In this document: positions 10,244 to 17,908 of the stretch, piece by piece | Numbering within the stretch: position 1 is the stretch's first letter | How the letters are laid out: each line of letters opens with the position of its first letter | Source: Desulfobulbus propionicus DSM 2032 | Lineage (GTDB): Bacteria > Desulfobacterota > Desulfobulbia > Desulfobulbales > Desulfobulbaceae | Reading direction: 5' to 3' | Length of the DNA stretch: 32,000 nucleotides | Assembly: GCF_000186885.1 (NCBI RefSeq) | Contig: NC_014972.1 | Span: 3,180,001-3,212,000, forward strand | Translations under genes and position numbers: made by a program | Notes under the pieces: model-generated | The model's database searches: none | Seen by the model: the letters and a program-made list of their open reading frames with translations, nothing else | Told to the model about the DNA's origin: nothing

Positions 10244-10899
10244 TTGGCTTGTCGCCAGTCGAAGGGGGCTCGGGAAACAAACTCCATCGGCCGATACGTT
10301 GCTGGATGGAGAAAATGCAACCGGGTTGCATGCAGTTTAAGCGAATCTCCGTCCCTTCCCGCGCCGTAGAGACGATCGCCGACAATGGGGCAGCCCAATC
10401 CCAGGGGATGGCTGGCATGGAGACGGAGTTGGTGCGTGCGACCGGTCTGGGGAATAAATTCCACCAGGGTGCGCTGCCCACGTATTTCGATCCTGCGCCA
10501 GTGACTCACGCCCATCTTTCCTCGGACCGCGTCGTACACCTGATGAGGGCGATTGTCCGGATCCAGACGAAAAGCCAGGCAGATTTCTCCTTTTTCCCCG
10601 CTCACCACTCCTTCCAACAGGGCAAGATACTGTTTTTCCACCCGGCGCTCGGCAAATTGACGTGAGAGATGGCGGTGGGCAGCGCCGGTGAGGCCAAGGA
10701 CCATCACCCCCGCAGTGTCCATGTCCAGCCGATGAACCGCTGGCTGCTCGATGCACCACGGCACCATCTGCCGCAATCTGCTGACAACACAATCCTGCTT
10801 GTCTGGCCCCCGACCGGGAACGGCCAGCAGGCCACCCGGTTTGTCGACAACCGCCAATTCCTTGTCAAGATAAAGCACGGACAACGATTGCGTGGTCAT
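10240..10899 (-). CDS. RluA-family pseudouridine synthase (catalytic domain only, no S4 domain)
   Basis: Motifs VVDKPGGLLAVPG, the catalytic HRLDMDTAGVMVL and THQLRLH. I chose ATG 10899 (MTTQSLSVLYLDKE...), giving 219 aa. This start overlaps the upstream stop (ATGA). Confidence 0.85.
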   Translation of the reverse strand: MTTQSLSVLYLDKELAVVDKPGGLLAVPGRGPDKQDCVVSRLRQMVPWCIEQPAVHRLDMDTAGVMVLGLTGAAHRHLSRQFAERRVEKQYLALLEGVVSGEKGEICLAFRLDPDNRPHQVYDAVRGKMGVSHWRRIEIRGQRTLVEFIPQTGRTHQLRLHASHPLGLGCPIVGDRLYGAGRDGDSLKLHATRLHFLHPATYRPMEFVSRAPFDWRQAN

Positions 10900-11675
10900 G
10901 GCAAGCCGCACAGAAGAAAACCGAGGATGGGCTGACACTTGGCGGCGCAGGCCGGATAAAATCGTCCCTGCACCTTCGTGCCCGAAGCGTTGCTCGCCCC
11001 CCAATAGAACTCGGCCATGGCCTCCGGACGCAGGCCATGGCGCGCGGCGTGGTGGAGCAGTTTTGGCCCACAACAATCCCCGGTTCCGGAAGGCGGCGCG
11101 CCGTTGCCGATGAAGACACGAGGCAGGGGCTGGGTTGCACCACGAAAGTTGACCAGTTGATAGAGGCAATGAACTCGCTCCATCAGTTGGCGCGAGAGGG
11201 TTCTGCGTTGCGCGCGAAGCAGCTGGCGAGCGCTCGATCCATGGGGCAAAGCTGTCAGTTCCCGGCCCAACCGCTTGATTTCCCGCTCGGGTTCACCCAC
11301 GAGGGCGCCAAAGGCCGCCACATCAAACACCGGCCCCACCCAGCCCTCCACCTGCCACAATCCATTATATTGTCCGGAAAAGGCGCGGAGAACGATTCGC
11401 TTGCCCCCGGTATCCCGACATGACAGCACCCCGAACATCTTCCCACCGGCCTTGTCAAACAAGCACCGAGTATCGCAACGGGGATCCCGGAACCGTTCGG
11501 GAACCAGCCAGTCGATCCGTTGATGACGACATAATTGCCCCATCAGGTGGAGGCCGTCCTTGATGGCAGGCCGAACAGGCAGCGAATGGACGACACCGCA
11601 CCGGCAGCACCATCCGCCGCTGTCGGAATCGAGGAGCGGACCATCGCCCTCCCCTGCGGTCGAACGCAGCGACAT
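10896..11675 (-). CDS. Cys-rich protein of unknown function, translationally coupled to RluA
   Basis: Start chosen at ATG 11675 (GAGG 5 nt upstream) so that it does not overlap the DUF2905 gene; 259 aa. Motifs GKMFGVL...LRAFSGQ, GDCCGPKLL and FYPACAAKCQPILGFLL. From memory, this domain occurs fused N-terminally to long RluA-family proteins in other proteobacteria. Confidence 0.6.
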   Translation of the reverse strand: MSLRSTAGEGDGPLLDSDSGGWCCRCGVVHSLPVRPAIKDGLHLMGQLCRHQRIDWLVPERFRDPRCDTRCLFDKAGGKMFGVLSCRDTGGKRIVLRAFSGQYNGLWQVEGWVGPVFDVAAFGALVGEPEREIKRLGRELTALPHGSSARQLLRAQRRTLSRQLMERVHCLYQLVNFRGATQPLPRVFIGNGAPPSGTGDCCGPKLLHHAARHGLRPEAMAEFYWGASNASGTKVQGRFYPACAAKCQPILGFLLCGLP

Positions 11676-11704
11676 CGCGGCCTCGTCGTCGGCCCGCGCA
11701 ACCT

Positions 11705-11905
11705 CTATTTGCGAAACAGCCACAGCAGGAGGGAAATCACCACACTGACCAGAATGCAGCTGGTGAGGGGAAGAAAGAAGCGGAAATGCTCCCGGACGAT
11801 GACGATATCCCCGGGCAGGCGGCCAAGGGGCAGCTGGCGCAACCACGGCCATGCCACACCGAGCACCACGCAGACCACGCCAATGAGGATGAGCGTTCTG
11901 TTCAT
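11705..11905 (-). CDS. Small membrane protein, DUF2905-like
   Basis: 66 aa: MNRTLILIGVVCVVLGVAWPWL...LGRLPGDIVIVREHFRFFLPLTSCILVSVVISLLLWLF. It has two TM helices flanking the LGRLPGDI motif. Its ATG overlaps the EamA stop by 1 nt (TGATG). Confidence 0.7.
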   Translation of the reverse strand: MNRTLILIGVVCVVLGVAWPWLRQLPLGRLPGDIVIVREHFRFFLPLTSCILVSVVISLLLWLFRK

Positions 11906-12810
11906 CAAACTGCCTCCCGCCTCTGCCCGCTGGTTGTGTCCTGACTCACCAGCACCCCGGTGAACACCAGGGTACAGGCCATCCATTGCCAGAAATTCAG
12001 GCGCTCGCCCAACAGGAGAAAGCCAAACAGAATGGAAAAGACTGGAATCAGATTGACAAAGGCCGACGCCTGACTGGCCGGAATGCGGCTGACGCCAAAA
12101 TTATAGAGACCGTAGGCGCCGACACTGACCACGATGCCGAGATAGAGCACCGCGCCAATGCCGCCGATCGATAGCGCCGACGCCTGCACCGACGGCAGCA
12201 GCAGGACCGGAGCAAAAAACACCGCCCCGGTAAAGGCCTGGATACCGGTCAAAAAAAATGGATGGAGCTCTTTACTTAACCGTTTCATTAGAATAGTATA
12301 GCCCGTCGCGCACACCATGGCCATGAATTCAAGAAAGTTGCCCAGCGCCGGATGCGGGGCCTGGTCGGTTCCTTCGCCGCCCAGGCTGAGCCACAATGCC
12401 CCAGCGGCGGCAAGGAAAAATCCGCCGATGGTGCGCCGGGTGATCCGTTCACCAAGCATCAGACCTGCGGCCAGGGCGACCATGAGCGGCAGCATGGTGG
12501 TGATCATCGAGGCCTGCGAGGCGCTGGTGTAGACCAGCGCCAACGATTCAAACAAAAAATAGCAACAGGGCTCGCACAAGCACATGCATGCCAGCGGCAC
12601 CATGTGGTGGCGCCGCAGGCCCGCCCTGGCAAACGATCGGTAAAATGGAAGGAAACAGAGCGAGGCAACCACCATCCGTCCCAGAATAACCGCCAGGGGA
12701 TGCATCTCCTGAAAGCTGTATTTCAACGCCACAAAAGAACTGCCCCACAGTACCATGGCAGATAGCAGCGCCATGATAGGCAGCATTCTTTGAACGCCAT
12801 CCGTCATCAT
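11905..12810 (-). CDS. EamA/DMT-superfamily transporter (10 TM helices)
   Basis: About 301 aa with duplicated EamA halves (LLSAMVLWGSSFVALK... and ...IPASQASAFVNLIPVFSILFGFLLLGE). The start is uncertain: TTG 12813, ATG 12810/12807 or ATG 12786. Confidence 0.8.
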   Translation of the reverse strand: MMTDGVQRMLPIMALLSAMVLWGSSFVALKYSFQEMHPLAVILGRMVVASLCFLPFYRSFARAGLRRHHMVPLACMCLCEPCCYFLFESLALVYTSASQASMITTMLPLMVALAAGLMLGERITRRTIGGFFLAAAGALWLSLGGEGTDQAPHPALGNFLEFMAMVCATGYTILMKRLSKELHPFFLTGIQAFTGAVFFAPVLLLPSVQASALSIGGIGAVLYLGIVVSVGAYGLYNFGVSRIPASQASAFVNLIPVFSILFGFLLLGERLNFWQWMACTLVFTGVLVSQDTTSGQRREAV

Positions 12811-12823
12811 CAACCCGTCAGAA

Positions 12824-12842
12824 CCACCGGCAAAGCCGGTGG
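12824..12842. repeat. IS200 right-end subterminal hairpin CCACCGG-CAAAG-CCGGTGG
   Basis: 7-bp stem and 5-nt loop read directly. Two further hairpins lie between it and the tnpA stop: ACCGCT-caa-AGCGGT (12858-12872) and GACCACCATATGGTGGTC (12891-12908). Confidence 0.7.
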
Positions 12843-12910
12843 CTTGAAAGACTGTGAACCGCTCAAAGCGGTCTCTTTAAAATATTATCTGACCACCATA
12901 TGGTGGTCGC

Positions 12911-13342
12911 CTATTTAAACAAGTTCAGTTGTTCGACTCGCTGATCCTCTTGCTCCTGGTTACGGATATATGCGCGAACCATTGCCTCGTCGGCACCAAC
13001 GGTTGACACAAAATAGCCCCGTGCCCAAAAGTGCATCCCATTGTAGTTCTTCTTTTGCCCAAGGTAATTGCGTGCGATGTAAATCGCACTTTTCCCTTTC
13101 ATGTAGCCCACAACCTGGGCCACCGAATACTTCGGCGGGATCGACAGTAGCATGTGCACATGATCGGGCTGCAAATGCCCCTCGACAATCCGACTTTCTT
13201 TTTGCCGTGCAAGATCATGGAACACATCACCCAGATTTTTCCGAAGTTGGCCATAGAGTATTTTTCTTCGGCATTTCGGTATCCACACTACATGGAACTT
13301 GCAATCCCATCTTGTGTGGCTTAAACATTGTATGTCGTTCAT
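12911..13342 (-). CDS. tnpA: IS200/IS605-family Y1 (HUH) transposase TnpA
   Basis: 143 aa. Motifs KFHVVWIPKCRRKIL, the HUH motif PDHVHMLLSIPPKYS and the catalytic Tyr region WARGYFVSTVG. Confidence 0.95.
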   Translation of the reverse strand: MNDIQCLSHTRWDCKFHVVWIPKCRRKILYGQLRKNLGDVFHDLARQKESRIVEGHLQPDHVHMLLSIPPKYSVAQVVGYMKGKSAIYIARNYLGQKKNYNGMHFWARGYFVSTVGADEAMVRAYIRNQEQEDQRVEQLNLFK

Positions 13343-13391
13343 GAAGCCTCCTTTTTCGTGACTTTGACCGGTTCACGAGGCGGGAGGCTTC
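13343..13391 (-). promoter_or_regulatory. Hairpin sequestering the tnpA Shine-Dalgarno
   Basis: GAAGCCTCC (13343-13351) pairs with GGAGGCTTC (13383-13391). On the minus-strand mRNA the GGAGG directly before the AUG is the 3' arm, a known IS200 feature. Confidence 0.65.
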
Positions 13392-13424
13392 TTTATTTTG
13401 CAGGAACTGTCAAACTGTTGTTGT

Positions 13425-13443
13425 CCCCCGGCAAAGCCGGGGG
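13425..13443. repeat. IS200 left-end subterminal hairpin CCCCCGG-CAAAG-CCGGGGG
   Basis: 7-bp stem with the same loop and inner 4 bp as the hairpin at 12824-12842. Confidence 0.7.
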
Positions 13444-13472
13444 TTTACCCAAGGGAAATTATTGTTCACGCC

Positions 13473-15938
13473 ATGCACATGCACACCCCCCTTCGCCGGA
13501 TACGCCGGTTCTGTAGCCGCACCCTGCTTCTTTTGCCCGCCCTGGCTCTGCTCGCCGGTCCCGTTCCCGCATCGCACGGCGCGGCCTATCAACCAAACCA
13601 GGTCAGCGCGCAACAGACCGTCGGCCTATACCAGAATATTCCGGGCCTGACCAGCCAACAAATGGAATACGGCAAGGCGGCTATCCCCAAGCTGCACTAT
13701 AACGCCCAGCGGATCCTCCGCAAGATCTGCGCATTGCCGGGGGTGAACTTCGACTACGCCAAGCAGGTGATCGAGCTCCTCGGCCGCGAACGATTCACCT
13801 ATGAACAGGTCCTGACCTACGAAGCGCTCAGCAGCCTGAACACCATGGACATCAAGAACGGTATCGCCGGGCTGGACACGGTCAAGGCGATGAGCTTCGA
13901 GGGGGGCCGTTCGTTCCGCGCCTTTGCCGGCATGCAGGGAGTGACCGCCAACCAGGCCCTGAGCATGATCTCGCAACTCAACGAACTGGATGACGCCAAC
14001 AACCGCGCCGCCCAGGCCTTTTTCAGCATCAAGGGCATGCGGGTCGATATCGCCCAGAAAGGACTGCCGACCCTGATGCGCCTGAGAAACAACCAGGCCA
14101 AGGCCGCCGAGGCTTACGCCAAGATCCCGACCATGGACACCGAGACCATGCTCGACGGCCTGGAACTGATCGCCAAGCTGTACCAGGACGATGCCTGGAA
14201 TGCCCGCTGCCTGTTCACCAACAAATCGGTGACCGCGCGGGACGCCTGGAACTGGCTGGTGAGTTACTTTGCCCTGCCGACCAACGTCCAGGAGGCTCAG
14301 TACGACAAGCTCGACAGCCAGCAAAAATCAATCCTCCTTCAGGCCCTGTACGAAGGCGGCACGGAAATTCTCTGGAAGATCAATAATCTTCACGCAGTTA
14401 CCGACCAATATGGCTATGAAATCTCCGAGGCGGCGCTGAACAGTTGGTCCATGCAGCAGCTGCAGGCCAAGTTCAACGAGCTGGTTCCCTCGGTTCGGGC
14501 CCGCTACAGCGGCTTTGCCAGCGCCGGCAGGGGCCAGGCCGTGGCCATCCTCAAACAGGCCACCTCCGCCGCCCGGGTGCAGACCGCCCGTGATCTGACC
14601 ATCGCCAATGCCTATGCGGTCATGGCCCAGGGCAGCGAGCTGTATGATTCATCCTTCCGCGATATCATGGTGCCGGTCCTCCAGTCCCGGATCGACAGCC
14701 GTTTTCAGGGCGACCTGCTGGCCTTTCTACGTTCCATCGATCCGGGCAACCGCTTGGTTTCCGACTTCATTTCCAGTTGTGCCCAGAAAGGCAAGCTGAC
14801 CGTCTTTTTCCCCACCGACGCCGGCAAACAGAAGGAGATTCTCAGCCTGGTGGCCTCCTCGGCCTTCCAGAACGAGGACTCCATCCTGCTTTTTTCCGCG
14901 ACCCTGAGCCACCTGCTCAAGGTGCTCACTCCCGATGCCCGGTCGTACCTGATTGGCCTGATGGCCGAGAACAGCGAGGCGGAAAACGCCGCCTTTTCCA
15001 AACTGGTCACCGTCATCCTCCAGTACTACCTGCAGACCTACCCCGAGTTGCTCGGCCCGGCTGACCGCACCCTCATCAGCCGGCTCATCGTCCGCCACGG
15101 CGCGGTCAACCTCGACCGCTATCAGGTAACCCCCTTTGCCGAATGGAAACAGGACGGCCGTTTGGCTTCGGTGTCCATGTTTCACCCGGATGACGACGGC
15201 CGGCAATCCTTTGTCTCCAACGCCAACCTGCTGCTGAGCAACGGCTACAAACTGACCGCCTCGCAGCAGTACACCATCCCGCAGATGACCCCGGCGCTCG
15301 CCGCCGAGATCCAGCGGTATATCGGCTCCGGCCTGGTGTCGCTGTTCCAGGCCATGCGCAATCGCCATTTTGCCGTGGCCTTCACCAAACAGGTAAACGG
15401 CATCACCATCGTCCACACCCAGTTTGTCTATTCGGACATGGACAACCAGATGGAGATGCTCGACCGGTTCGTCCGCTCTGGAGACGAAATGCTAGCGCAG
15501 CGCGGTCACAGCTACTGGCGCTCCGAGCAAATCATCGAGCCGCTGACCAAACTGATCGAGGAAAACAGGGTGAGCGAATCCGAGCTCCGGGGCAAACAAC
15601 GCTTCCTCAGCCTTGGCTCGTGCGGCGGCGTCAAGGCCTACACCACTCTGACCCGGCTGTTTGCCTCGTCGGTGGACATCCTTGCCTCCATCGGGACCGG
15701 CTTGGCGATGATCAATGACCCCTACAACAAGATGTTTTTTGAGATCATCGCCACCAACAACACCAACATCTCCTGGAAGACCATGGCCCAGCAATCGGCC
15801 TCCATCTTCCAGAGCGACCGGGGCCAGGACTACCTCCTGCCCGGCTCGCTGACCGCCATCCTCCACAAGATCCTGGACGAGACCGAACAAGCCACCGGAT
15901 CGACGCCGCGGAACCGCTTCGAGCGTTCCCGCGGCTAA
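13473..15938 (+). CDS. Large secreted protein of unknown function (signal peptide, 6 x 32-aa helical repeats, C-terminal candidate Cys-nucleophile domain)
   Basis: Start chosen at ATG 13473 (or 13479): MHMHTPLRRIRRFCSRTLLLLPALALLAGPVPASHG/AAYQ is a signal-peptide-like N-terminus. I recognise no family. See findings for the repeats and the QRGHSYW...LSLGSCGG motif. Confidence 0.7.
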   Translation: MHMHTPLRRIRRFCSRTLLLLPALALLAGPVPASHGAAYQPNQVSAQQTVGLYQNIPGLTSQQMEYGKAAIPKLHYNAQRILRKICALPGVNFDYAKQVIELLGRERFTYEQVLTYEALSSLNTMDIKNGIAGLDTVKAMSFEGGRSFRAFAGMQGVTANQALSMISQLNELDDANNRAAQAFFSIKGMRVDIAQKGLPTLMRLRNNQAKAAEAYAKIPTMDTETMLDGLELIAKLYQDDAWNARCLFTNKSVTARDAWNWLVSYFALPTNVQEAQYDKLDSQQKSILLQALYEGGTEILWKINNLHAVTDQYGYEISEAALNSWSMQQLQAKFNELVPSVRARYSGFASAGRGQAVAILKQATSAARVQTARDLTIANAYAVMAQGSELYDSSFRDIMVPVLQSRIDSRFQGDLLAFLRSIDPGNRLVSDFISSCAQKGKLTVFFPTDAGKQKEILSLVASSAFQNEDSILLFSATLSHLLKVLTPDARSYLIGLMAENSEAENAAFSKLVTVILQYYLQTYPELLGPADRTLISRLIVRHGAVNLDRYQVTPFAEWKQDGRLASVSMFHPDDDGRQSFVSNANLLLSNGYKLTASQQYTIPQMTPALAAEIQRYIGSGLVSLFQAMRNRHFAVAFTKQVNGITIVHTQFVYSDMDNQMEMLDRFVRSGDEMLAQRGHSYWRSEQIIEPLTKLIEENRVSESELRGKQRFLSLGSCGGVKAYTTLTRLFASSVDILASIGTGLAMINDPYNKMFFEIIATNNTNISWKTMAQQSASIFQSDRGQDYLLPGSLTAILHKILDETEQATGSTPRNRFERSRG

Positions 15939-15949
15939 ACAAGGCAACC

Positions 15950-17320
15950 ATGCCCCTGTACACCCGCGAAACCCTGACCGAGCTGCTTGTCCGGGCGGCG
16001 GCCGCCCCTTCGCAGGTGTATCTACTGTTTGGTGAGCGTTACCTCTGCCGCAACGCGGCCGAGCAGTTGGAACAGGTGCTGCTGCAAAAAACGGGCGGGA
16101 CGGTACACGCCATCGACGGCGACCAGGAAGACAGTACCGCCACTTTGGCTAAACTTCGCGGTTACAGCCTGTTGCCGGGGCGTCAGCTCTACAGGGTAAC
16201 TGACACCCGGCTCTTTGTGTCCAAACAGGTGGCCAAACGCATCTGGGATCGGGTTGTTGCTGCCCATGCGGACAATAAACCGGAACAGGCGGGCCGCGCC
16301 TTGCGGGCCTTGCTGGAAAGCGGCGGTCTGGATCCACGGTCCCCGAACAATCTGCTCGACACCATGCCGGCGGCCGAATGGCAGCATTGTTTCGGCTTTG
16401 CCCGTCCCTCCGGCGACCTCAGCTGGACCAGTGCCTTGCTGACCGCTCAACCGAATCACACCGGCCGACCCGCGACCGTGACCGACCCGGCTGAACAACT
16501 CGGCAACGCATTGGCCGCTGGTCTGCCGGCAAGCAACTTCCTCATCCTCCTTGCCGAGGAGGTGGACAAGCGCAAAAAGCTGTTCAAGCAGCTGAAAGAC
16601 GGGCAGACGGTTGTCGACCTGAGCGTCGAATCCGGGGCCGGAGCCAAAGCGCAGAAGGAACAAAAAGCCGTTCTCCACGAACTGGTCCGGAAGACCCTGG
16701 CCGAGCAGGGCAAGACCCTGGCTCCCGGGCTCATCGACCTGCTCGTTGAGCGGGTGGGCTTTCATCCCGTGGCGCTGGTCATGGAACTGCGCAAGGTGAT
16801 GGCCTATGTCGGCGAGCGCCGCCAGATCGATCACGCCGATATCGATCTCCTGGTCGGCCGCACCCGGCAAGAGGCGCTGTTTGAACTGACCACCGCTCTT
16901 GCCGCCGGGAATCGTGAGCAAACCCTCGTGATTGGCGATCGCCTTCAGGAAAACGGCATTCATCCCCTGGCCGTGGTGGCGACGCTCCGCAACTTTGTCC
17001 GCAACCTGTTGCTCTGCCGGGCCCTGTTGGAACAACCCGACATTCGCTTTCAGCCGACCATGTCCGCCGCCGCTTTTCAGAACACCTGCCTGCCACGTCT
17101 CAAGGACCGACCGCAGTGGAAAAAAGAATTGGGCGGTCATCCCTTTGCCCTGTACATGCAATTCAAAACAGCCGCCCTCTTCCCTCTTCCGGTCCTCACC
17201 GGCTGGATGCAGCTGCTCCTCCGGGCGGAACTCCGTCTCAAGGGTTCCTCGATCGCGGCCCCGATCGTGCTCCAGCATCTGCTCCTCTCCATGCTGTCCA
17301 TGGAGACCGCAAAAGAATAA
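15950..17320 (+). CDS. holA: DNA polymerase III delta subunit (HolA), unusually long
   Basis: 456 aa. The N-terminus QVYLLFGERYLCRNAAEQL and the C-terminal LVGRTRQEALFELTTALAAGNREQTLVIGDRLQENGIHPLAVVATLRNFVRNLL align by eye with E. coli HolA domains I and III. The gene starts 11 nt after the upstream stop. Confidence 0.7.
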   Translation: MPLYTRETLTELLVRAAAAPSQVYLLFGERYLCRNAAEQLEQVLLQKTGGTVHAIDGDQEDSTATLAKLRGYSLLPGRQLYRVTDTRLFVSKQVAKRIWDRVVAAHADNKPEQAGRALRALLESGGLDPRSPNNLLDTMPAAEWQHCFGFARPSGDLSWTSALLTAQPNHTGRPATVTDPAEQLGNALAAGLPASNFLILLAEEVDKRKKLFKQLKDGQTVVDLSVESGAGAKAQKEQKAVLHELVRKTLAEQGKTLAPGLIDLLVERVGFHPVALVMELRKVMAYVGERRQIDHADIDLLVGRTRQEALFELTTALAAGNREQTLVIGDRLQENGIHPLAVVATLRNFVRNLLLCRALLEQPDIRFQPTMSAAAFQNTCLPRLKDRPQWKKELGGHPFALYMQFKTAALFPLPVLTGWMQLLLRAELRLKGSSIAAPIVLQHLLLSMLSMETAKE

Positions 17321-17339
17321 CAGGCTGTCCGGCCCGGTC

Positions 17340-17367
17340 TTGCAAAATCAAAAGCGGGCATTACAAT
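17340..17367 (+). promoter_or_regulatory. Candidate sigma70 promoter for clpS-clpA (TTGCAA-N16-TACAAT)
   Basis: Hexamers at 17340-17345 and 17362-17367, about 145 nt upstream of clpS. Confidence 0.35.
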
Positions 17368-17513
17368 ACTGACATGAATAATCGTTGCCAGGAGAGCATG
17401 TTGCAACGGTTCTTCCGTTTCCAAAAAGGTTTCCGCTCTCCAGGAATGACCGTTGAGGGATTCTGCTCGGCTTCACGACCATCGGAACCTGCGCAACCCG
17501 TCGAGTTTACGAA

Positions 17514-17831
17514 ATGGCAAAAGAAGATTCCATCGTTCAAGACAAAATTCAAACCCGTGACAAGGAACAGCTGCAAGAACCACCGCTGTACAAGGTGCTG
17601 TTGCATAACGACGACTACACCACCATGGATTTCGTGGTGATGATTCTGCAGACAGTTTTTCATAAGAATACGGACGAGGCCACCAGAATCATGCTCAACG
17701 TCCATCACCAGGGCGTGGGCATCGCGGGTGTTTATACCCGTGAAATCGGAGAAACCAAGGTGGCGATTGTGCATCGGCTGGCAAAAAGGAACCAATTTCC
17801 GCTGCGATGCTCGCTGGAAAAGGATTGTTGA
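17514..17831 (+). CDS. clpS: ClpS, N-degron adaptor of ClpAP
   Basis: 105 aa. PPLYKVLLHNDDYTTMDFVVMILQTVFHKNTDEATRIMLNVHHQGVGIAGVYTREIGETK is a textbook ClpS core. Confidence 0.95.
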   Translation: MAKEDSIVQDKIQTRDKEQLQEPPLYKVLLHNDDYTTMDFVVMILQTVFHKNTDEATRIMLNVHHQGVGIAGVYTREIGETKVAIVHRLAKRNQFPLRCSLEKDC

Positions 17832-17908
17832 TACATGTCGGCAGGCGGCGAATGTGCCGTTGAACCCGGAGAACAGGGGCGGGAGGGCGCTCCTCGAGGA
17901 CCACTACT

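Larger units (their letters stand above)
12815..13455 (-). mobile_element. IS200-type insertion sequence (IS200/IS605 family, tnpA only); boundaries approximate
   Basis: Contains a Y1 transposase gene. It is flanked by subterminal hairpins sharing the core CCGGCAAAGCCGG (12824-12842 and 13425-13443, same orientation), plus an SD-sequestering hairpin. Minimum length is about 620 bp. GC looks lower than in the flanks. Confidence 0.85.

Noticed and set aside
12815-13455. REP-associated tyrosine transposase (RAYT) flanked by REPs, as an alternative to IS200
   Set aside because: The 143-aa protein has the canonical IS200 TnpA sequence pattern (KFHVVWIPKCRR, HVHML, ARGYFVSTVG) and the IS200-style SD-sequestering hairpin. 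The hairpin core does not recur elsewhere in this window, unlike dispersed REPs.
16022-17278. 418-aa ORF antisense to holA
   Set aside because: It is a shadow ORF. The plus-strand frame aligns with HolA and follows the upstream gene with an 11-nt spacing.
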